A stretch of DNA of 36,454 nucleotides from an uncultured Thiotrichales bacterium (lineage in GTDB: Bacteria; Pseudomonadota; Gammaproteobacteria; UBA4575). Below are positions 30,907-36,454 of the stretch, in pieces (positions within the stretch are counted from its first letter, which is position 1; each line of letters opens with the position of its first letter). The position numbers and the translations under genes are program-made. A model generated the notes under the pieces. The model searched no databases. It saw only the letters and a list, made by a program, of their open reading frames with translations, and was not told where the DNA came from. The DNA lies in NCBI GenBank assembly GCA_964468615.1, contig CAYXVH010000238.1, positions 1 to 36,454 on the forward strand. Direction: 5' to 3'.

Positions 30907-31893
30907 ATGGCTAAATTTAAGCGACATTTGCCGATGTCGGCGACGATTGCGATTGTTGTTCATGTGGCGATCATTTTGCTTTTGGTGGTTGGTTTTCAAT
31001 TCAAAAAAGAACAAAAAGCTAATCCGCTAGATAATATTAATACGATTAATGCCACGGTTATTAATTCTGAAAAATTAGATGTAAAAAAGTCATCTAAAGA
31101 AAACGAGCAACAAAAGCAGTTAGCTGAAGAAAAGAAACAGCAAGAAATCAAACAAAAACAAGAAGAAGAGAAACAACAACTTCAGGCTGAGTTAGAAACG
31201 GAGAAGCAAAAAGCAGAAGAAGCGCAAAAGAGAGCTGAGGCTGAACAGCAAAAAGCAGAAGAAATTAAAAAACAAGCTGAAGTTGAGAAGCAGCGTTTAG
31301 AAGAGGAAGTAAAAAAACAAGCTGAGGCTGAAAAACTTGCAGAGGAAAAGAAGAAGACTGAAGAGACTAAAAAAATTGCTGAAGAAAAACGTAAGGCTGA
31401 TGAAGCTAAAAAGCTAGCGGCAGAGAAAAAGCGTAAAAAAGAAGTAGAAGCTAAAAAATTAGCAGCAGAAGAGAAGAAACGTAAAGAAGCTGAAAAATTG
31501 GCAGCAGAAAAAGCTGCAGAACAAGAACGTTTAGCAAAGATATTAGCAGCAGAAGAGGCTGAAATTAATGCTGCAGAAGCAGAAGCGCAGCGTGTTGCTA
31601 AAGCTCGCGCTATGAGTAGAGATATAGCGATTTATCAAGACGCGATACGCAGTAGGATACAAAGTCGCTGGCGAAAGCCGCTAAACGAGCAGTCCGATGC
31701 ATGGTGCAAAGTGTATGTGCGTCAAGCGCCTGGAGGATACGTAGAAGATGTTGTGGTTGAGCAATGTACGGGTGATGAAGCATTTCGCCGCTCGGTTGAA
31801 GAAGCGGTCTGGAAATCAGATCCATTGCCTGAGCCACCTACACCAGAACTATTTGATCGAGATTTGCGTTTTAAATTTATTCCGGAGATTTAA
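30907..31893 (+). CDS. tolA: Tol-Pal system protein TolA
   Basis: 328 aa with an N-terminal TM anchor, a long K/E/A-rich helical domain II and a small C-terminal globular domain. It sits between tolR and tolB, and its stop overlaps the tolB ATG (TAATG). Confidence 0.88.
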   Translation: MAKFKRHLPMSATIAIVVHVAIILLLVVGFQFKKEQKANPLDNINTINATVINSEKLDVKKSSKENEQQKQLAEEKKQQEIKQKQEEEKQQLQAELETEKQKAEEAQKRAEAEQQKAEEIKKQAEVEKQRLEEEVKKQAEAEKLAEEKKKTEETKKIAEEKRKADEAKKLAAEKKRKKEVEAKKLAAEEKKRKEAEKLAAEKAAEQERLAKILAAEEAEINAAEAEAQRVAKARAMSRDIAIYQDAIRSRIQSRWRKPLNEQSDAWCKVYVRQAPGGYVEDVVVEQCTGDEAFRRSVEEAVWKSDPLPEPPTPELFDRDLRFKFIPEI

Positions 31894-33182
31894 TGAAAAT
31901 TTTAGTTAGAGTAGTTGCCTTAAGTATGTTTCTTTTTATTGGGCAAAGTGCACATGCAGTACTAGAAATTGAAATTACTCAAGGTGTTGAAGGGGCGTTG
32001 CCGATTGCAATTGCTGTTTTTGCTGGCGATACCTATAGCTCACCTGAGGCGATCGAAACGATAGTGCGAAATGATTTAGCAAGAAGCGGTTTTTTTGATG
32101 TGCTGGATAAGCAGCGTTTTCCTCAAGCGGTAGTAAGCTCATCGCAGTTAAATTTTAAAGCTTGGCGTGATACAGGGGTAGAGAGTTTGTTGCTTGGAAA
32201 AATAATTCAAGCCGGTGAGGGCCAATATCGCATTGAATTTCAGTTAATTGATTTAATAAGAAAGAAAAGATTGCTAGGTAATGTCATTCCTGCAGGTACG
32301 AAAGACGTACGCAAAGTAGGTCATAAAATTAGTGACTTGGTTTTTGAAACGTTAACGGGAATTCGAGGAGCGTTTAGTACCCGCGTAGCTTATGTGAGTA
32401 CGATAAGCCAAGGTGCTTCAAAAAAATATGTATTACAAATTGCAGATGCGGATGGCTACAATGCCAGAGCTATTTTCTCATCCAGTAAGCAAATATTATC
32501 TCCAGCCTGGTCGCCAGATGGTTCGCGCTTAGCCTATGTCTCATTTGAAAGTGGCAACTCGGCCATTTATATACAAGACATTATTCAAGGTACGCGTGCA
32601 AAAGTATCTGCTAAAAAAGGTATCAATAGTGCACCCTCCTGGTCACCCAATGGAAGACATTTGGCGTTAACCTTATCAGCTTCAGGCAGTCCTGATATCT
32701 ATATTTTGGATATTGCCGCTAAGAATCTGAAGCGTCTCACGAGTGGTCCAGCGATTGATACCGAACCGAGTTGGATGCCGGACGGAAAAACTTTATTATT
32801 CACTTCTGATCGAAGTGGAGGTCCACAAATTTATCAAGTATCAGTCAATGGCGGTAAAGCTCAACGACTGACCTTTGAGGGCAAATATAATGCAGCCGCA
32901 GATGTTTCACCAGATGGTCGTTTTCTTGCCTTTGTGAACAATAGTGGAAATGGATTTCGAGTAGCGGTGATGGATATGCAATCAAAGGCCATGCGAGTTA
33001 TTAGTAATGGTAATTTGGATGAGGGGCCGAGTTTTGCGCCTAACGGCAGTATGATTATGTATGCAACTGCGGATCAAGGTCGAGGAGTTTTAGCTGCCGT
33101 AAGTGCAGATGGGAGAGTTAAACAGAAACTACGTTTAACCGAAGGCGACGTGCGTGAACCATCTTGGTCACCATTTCGTTAA
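31893..33182 (+). CDS. tolB: Tol-Pal system beta-propeller protein TolB
   Basis: 429 aa with a signal peptide and repeated PxWSPDG propeller motifs (SPAWSPDGSRLAYVS, APSWSPNGRHLA, EPSWMPDGKTLLF, EPSWSP). Confidence 0.96.
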   Translation: MKILVRVVALSMFLFIGQSAHAVLEIEITQGVEGALPIAIAVFAGDTYSSPEAIETIVRNDLARSGFFDVLDKQRFPQAVVSSSQLNFKAWRDTGVESLLLGKIIQAGEGQYRIEFQLIDLIRKKRLLGNVIPAGTKDVRKVGHKISDLVFETLTGIRGAFSTRVAYVSTISQGASKKYVLQIADADGYNARAIFSSSKQILSPAWSPDGSRLAYVSFESGNSAIYIQDIIQGTRAKVSAKKGINSAPSWSPNGRHLALTLSASGSPDIYILDIAAKNLKRLTSGPAIDTEPSWMPDGKTLLFTSDRSGGPQIYQVSVNGGKAQRLTFEGKYNAAADVSPDGRFLAFVNNSGNGFRVAVMDMQSKAMRVISNGNLDEGPSFAPNGSMIMYATADQGRGVLAAVSADGRVKQKLRLTEGDVREPSWSPFR

Positions 33183-33244
33183 TTATGTTTCGAAACTTAA
33201 TCCGTTTCGAGTATTTTATTGGTAACCACAAAGAGGAGTGAGTT

Positions 33245-33772
33245 ATGAAAAAGCAACTACTTATAGTATTTTTTATAAGTTTATTTTTAACACTGGGCGC
33301 ATGTGGCACCAGTACCAAGCAAATGCCTGGTGATGTAATTAGTGATGATTACGAAGGTGGTGATCCTTCATTAGATGATGCGTCAACGACAGGTCTTGAG
33401 GGTGAGGGTGGCTTGTCTATGGGTAGCCTTGATGATGTGATCGCCCAATCAGGTAATGTTGTATATTTTGATTACAATAGTGCTGAAATTCGTGATGAGT
33501 CTTTACCATTAATTATGGCAGCTGCAGAGTCGCTAACGGCTAATCCGGCATCACAACTTCGCTTAGAAGGTCATGCAGATGAACGTGGTACTCGTGAATT
33601 TAACCTTGCGTTAGGTGAGCAACGTGCACAAACTGTGCGTGATTTAATTATGCTGCAAGGCGTAAGTGGCAATCAGCTCGACATCGTGAGTTATGGTGAA
33701 GAAAAACCTGCAGTAGTAGGTTCAGGTGAACAGTCATGGCAGCAAAATAGAAGAGTTGAAATCATTCAGTAA
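33245..33772 (+). CDS. pal: Peptidoglycan-associated lipoprotein Pal
   Basis: 175 aa with the lipobox LTLGAC and an OmpA-like domain (VYFDYNSAEIRDE, LEGHADERGTREFNLALGEQRA, NRRVEI). A good SD sequence (AAGAGGAG) lies upstream. Confidence 0.94.
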   Translation: MKKQLLIVFFISLFLTLGACGTSTKQMPGDVISDDYEGGDPSLDDASTTGLEGEGGLSMGSLDDVIAQSGNVVYFDYNSAEIRDESLPLIMAAAESLTANPASQLRLEGHADERGTREFNLALGEQRAQTVRDLIMLQGVSGNQLDIVSYGEEKPAVVGSGEQSWQQNRRVEIIQ

Positions 33773-33790
33773 GAACCGCTGGCTAAAATT

Positions 33791-34645
33791 ATGAAAAGAA
33801 AATTAAGGATGAAATGTAAATCATTTGGGCCAAAGCTATTGGTGACACTTGTTTTAATGCAAGTGTCTACCATGGCCGTTGCGCACAAGGCTAATAACGA
33901 GCGACTCGATGCAATGGATGCAAGAATGCAGCGTGTCGAGCGAGTAGCAAATAGTGAAGCATTGGTGAATCTGTCACAGCGTATCAATGCATTGCAGCGT
34001 GAGATGCAGCAATTGCGTGGTGAAAATGAGCAGCTTACACATGAGTTAAATACTCTTAAAACGCGTCAACGTGAGCAGTTCTTGGATATTGATCGACGTT
34101 TGCAGACATCTGGATCAATGACTACTGAATCTACTTCAGAAGACGGTATGCTTCTTGATAATAGCTCTGCAACTCAAGCTCAGATATCTGGTGCTGTTAA
34201 TAATACGGATCAGCAAGTAGCAACAAAGAGTGGCACTGTAGTTTCTAATGGCGCTTCAAATGATGCTGCGCAAGATTATAAAAATGCGTTTACTTTGCTT
34301 AAGCAAGGTAAGTATGACGATTCCATTCTGGCGTTTAATGGTTTTTTGCAAACCCATTCACAAAGTAAGTATGCGTCTAATGCACAGTATTGGTTAGCCG
34401 AAGCGAATTATGTATCTAAACGATATCCGCAAGCCTTAACTGAGTTTTCTAAAGTGATTGAACAGTATCCTGCTAGTTCTAAAGTGGCAGACGCTAAATT
34501 GAAGTTGGGTTTTACTCATTATGAATTAGGTCAATATGAAGAATCACGAATTGAGCTTACCCGTTTACGTGCACAGTTTCCTAATTCAAGTGTTGCGAGC
34601 TTAGCTCAACAACGGCTTGAGCGTATGGCCAGGGAAGGTCATTAA
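33791..34645 (+). CDS. cpoB: Cell division coordinator CpoB (YbgF)
   Basis: 284 aa with a signal sequence, a coiled-coil (LQREMQQLRGENEQLTHELNTLK) and a C-terminal TPR domain (YKNAFTLLKQGKYDDSILAFNGFL...). It lies directly after pal. Confidence 0.9.
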   Translation: MKRKLRMKCKSFGPKLLVTLVLMQVSTMAVAHKANNERLDAMDARMQRVERVANSEALVNLSQRINALQREMQQLRGENEQLTHELNTLKTRQREQFLDIDRRLQTSGSMTTESTSEDGMLLDNSSATQAQISGAVNNTDQQVATKSGTVVSNGASNDAAQDYKNAFTLLKQGKYDDSILAFNGFLQTHSQSKYASNAQYWLAEANYVSKRYPQALTEFSKVIEQYPASSKVADAKLKLGFTHYELGQYEESRIELTRLRAQFPNSSVASLAQQRLERMAREGH

Positions 34646-34651
34646 AATCTA

Positions 34652-34751
34652 AGGTAGCTCTGTTTATCCTGATATGTCGCTCATGTATAACTACATACAC
34701 ATCGCTCATTCCGAAATTTTTGCCTAATCTCAGAATAAATCAGAGCTACCT
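34652..34751. repeat. 100-bp segment bounded by perfect 11-bp inverted repeats (AGGTAGCTCTG ... CAGAGCTACCT) in the cpoB-queE spacer
   Basis: Read directly. The arms at 34652-34662 and 34741-34751 are exact reverse complements. The interior carries a direct repeat TCGCTCAT (34677-34684 and 34702-34709). The 3' arm ends 8 nt before the queE ATG. Confidence 0.6.
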
Positions 34752-34759
34752 AAACATTT

Positions 34760-35461
34760 ATGAGCGCTACCATCACGCCTTTGGGTACACGTCCGCAAGC
34801 TGAAAAGCTTCGTGTTACCGAAATATTCGCATCAATTCAGGGTGAATCGATCAGTGTTGGCATGCCAACTGTTTTTGTGCGTTTAACGGGTTGCCCGCTG
34901 CGTTGCCAGTATTGTGATACTGCCTATGCGTTTAGTGGTGGTGACTGGATGCAGCTTGATGAAATTTCTTCAAAAGTTAAGGCTTTTAATCTCAAATATG
35001 TAACGGTAACGGGTGGAGAGCCGCTTGCACAAAAATCTTGTTTGAATTTGTTAAGTGCGCTGTGCGATCAAGACTACAAAGTATCACTTGAAACCAGTGG
35101 CGCATTAGATATTAGCGAAGTAGATCCTCGTGTAATTAAGGTGATGGATATAAAAACGCCCGCATCACAAGAGGCGAGTAAAAATCGTTGGGAAAATATC
35201 AGTTATCTGCGTGAACAAGACCAAGTTAAGTTTGTAATCTGTAATCAATCTGATTATGTCTGGGCAAAAAATATTGTAGTGGAGCATCAATTAAGAGATC
35301 GCTGCGAGGTTCTGTTTTCACCTATGATGGAAGTGGAAGAAAGTAATGTTGATCCATTAGAGGCTAAACAACTTGCAGAATGGATTGTGCAAGATCAACT
35401 CGATGTACGTTTTCAGTTGCAACTGCATAAAATACTTTGGGGAAATGTTCCTGGAAAATAA
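34760..35461 (+). CDS. queE: 7-carboxy-7-deazaguanine synthase (radical SAM)
   Basis: 233 aa. Contains IFASIQGES and VFVRLTGCPLRCQYCDT (radical-SAM cluster cysteines), and is adjacent to queC. Confidence 0.9.
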   Translation: MSATITPLGTRPQAEKLRVTEIFASIQGESISVGMPTVFVRLTGCPLRCQYCDTAYAFSGGDWMQLDEISSKVKAFNLKYVTVTGGEPLAQKSCLNLLSALCDQDYKVSLETSGALDISEVDPRVIKVMDIKTPASQEASKNRWENISYLREQDQVKFVICNQSDYVWAKNIVVEHQLRDRCEVLFSPMMEVEESNVDPLEAKQLAEWIVQDQLDVRFQLQLHKILWGNVPGK

Positions 35462-35620
35462 TTACTACATGCATAATTTAGATTTTAACCGTAATAGTGT
35501 TGCAGGAAAATAATTACCACATGTAAATATATGGTTTATGAAGTAACGGTGTTCCTGGAAAATAATAGCTCCATGCATATTTTTGGTCTAAACCGTAATC
35601 AGTGTGCCTGGTAAATGAAA
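35447..35620. repeat. Degenerate ~52-bp tandem repeat with 3 full units (35447-35498, 35499-35550, 35551-35603) and a partial fourth; it begins in the last 15 nt of queE
   Basis: Manual alignment: units 1 and 3 share about 80% identity, including an identical first 16 nt (GTTCCTGGAAAATAAT). Unit 2 is about 65-70% identical to unit 1. The first 15 nt of unit 4 match at 12/15. Confidence 0.85.
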
Positions 35621-35662
35621 CAACCAAATATATAAAAAACTTGCACTTAAAATTCTCAGAAC

Positions 35663-36352
35663 TTGGCCATTCATAAACAAGTAATCGTACTCCTTTCTGG
35701 AGGACTAGATTCCGCAACTACACTAGCTATTGCTCAATCAAAAGGTTTTGATTGCTATGCTTTAAGTTTTTCTTATGGCCAACGTCATAACGCAGAGCTG
35801 AATGCAGCAACTAAAATCGCAAGTTTAGCTAATGTTATCGAACATAAAATATTTGATATTGATCTTGCTACTTTTAAAGGTTCAGCTTTAACGGATGATG
35901 AAATTTGTGTTCCGCAAGCTGATTCAGCGACTGCATCAGAGGGTATTCCAGTAACCTATGTCCCAGCTCGAAATACCGTATTTCTATCTATTGCATTAGC
36001 TTGGGCTGAAGTGCTACAGATCGAAGACATTTTCATTGGTGTAAATGCAGTCGATTATTCTGGTTATCCAGATTGTAGGCCAGAATTTATACAGGCATAT
36101 GAAATCATGGCGAATTTAGCGACCAAGGCCGGAGTTGAAGGTAATGCGCTTAAAATTCAGACACCTTTGATCTCATTAAGCAAAGCCGAGATCATTACGT
36201 TAGGCAGTGAGCTTGATGTGGATTATTCTAATACTGTTTCTTGTTACTTGGCAGATGAGCAGGGTAAAGCTTGTGGTAGTTGTGATTCTTGTCATTTTCG
36301 CAAGCAAGGATTCAAAGACGCTGGAATTGTTGATCCGACTCAATATAAATGA
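35663..36352 (+). CDS. queC: 7-cyano-7-deazaguanine synthase
   Basis: 229 aa. Contains the PP-loop VLLSGGLDS and the C-terminal zinc-binding cysteines [20 protein letters not shown]. The TTG start is forced, because TAA at 35648-35650 is in frame and no ATG or GTG precedes the PP-loop. Confidence 0.92.
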   Translation: MAIHKQVIVLLSGGLDSATTLAIAQSKGFDCYALSFSYGQRHNAELNAATKIASLANVIEHKIFDIDLATFKGSALTDDEICVPQADSATASEGIPVTYVPARNTVFLSIALAWAEVLQIEDIFIGVNAVDYSGYPDCRPEFIQAYEIMANLATKAGVEGNALKIQTPLISLSKAEIITLGSELDVDYSNTVSCYLADEQGKACGSCDSCHFRKQGFKDAGIVDPTQYK

Positions 36353-36428
36353 TGCAAACTAACCAGAAGTGGATAGGTGTATGCATGGAGCTTTATTAAG
36401 AATTACGGTAGGATATCGCGCTTCGCGT

Positions 36429-36454
36429 GGGCCGTTAGCTCAGCTGGTAGAGCA
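36429..36454 (+). tRNA. 5' part of a tRNA gene (probably tRNA-Lys), truncated by the window edge
   Basis: GGGCCGT-TA-GCTC-AGCTGGTA-GAGC-A has a canonical acceptor 5' strand and D-arm, and is nearly identical to the start of E. coli and Pseudomonas tRNA-Lys(UUU) as I recall them. The anticodon is outside the window, so the identity is unconfirmed. Confidence 0.6.

Noticed and set aside
31050-31600. Purine-rich, repetitive GAA/AAG/GCT tract that looks like a repeat array
   Set aside because: It is the in-frame K/E/A-rich helical domain II of TolA (…KQAEAEKLAEEKKK…), a normal property of this protein. It has no fixed period or spacer structure, so it is not a CRISPR or a satellite.
34646-35662. 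Possible preQ1 riboswitch in the queE or queC leaders
   Set aside because: I looked for the preQ1-I pattern of a short P1 hairpin followed by an A-rich tail ending in CUA/AGG near the start. Neither spacer fits convincingly from memory. This needs a covariance-model scan before any claim.
35514-35717. 67-aa minus-strand ORF in the queE-queC spacer
   Set aside because: It spans the AT-rich tandem repeat units and runs antisense into the queC start. It has no SD or motif, and its composition is driven by the repeat.

Overview
This AT-rich window (roughly 40% G+C by eye) looks like core gammaproteobacterial chromosome. It is almost fully coding and made of conserved housekeeping blocks. On the + strand: holA-proA-nadD-rsfS-rlmH-maf-rng-yhdP-nit-tldD-pmbA. 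On the - strand: DUF3108-purN-purM. Then a CDP-alcohol phosphatidyltransferase, hda, a wrbA-like/arsC-family pair (-), an FmdB zinc-ribbon gene, aspS, DUF2288 and a PilF/PilW-like TPR lipoprotein (-), nudB, a small alpha/beta hydrolase, yebC-ruvC-ruvA-ruvB, ybgC-tolQ-tolR-tolA-tolB-pal-cpoB, queE, queC, and the first 26 nt of a tRNA (probably Lys) at the right edge. The ORF track misses a 751-codon minus-strand ORF (1..2253, DUF1631-like) that has no stop inside the window. I found no transposase, integrase, CRISPR array, toxin-antitoxin pair, restriction or defence genes, and no multi-gene cluster of unknown function. I therefore cannot support a claim of a novel biological system here. The points worth a second look are small, non-coding or start-site features: (1) a degenerate ~52-bp tandem repeat (3 full units plus a partial one) that begins in the last 15 nt of queE and covers most of the queE-queC spacer (to ~35620 of 35662); (2) a diverged 50-nt-offset duplicate of the nadD 5' end, which creates an 18-codon leader ORF behind the only good Shine-Dalgarno sequence; (3) a 100-bp segment bounded by perfect 11-bp inverted repeats just upstream of queE; (4) a 14-bp tandem duplication carrying the ruvA start codon; (5) candidate operator palindromes in two divergent promoter regions; (6) an in-frame 9-bp tandem repeat at the left edge. 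All functional calls rest on motifs and synteny recalled from memory. No database search was run.
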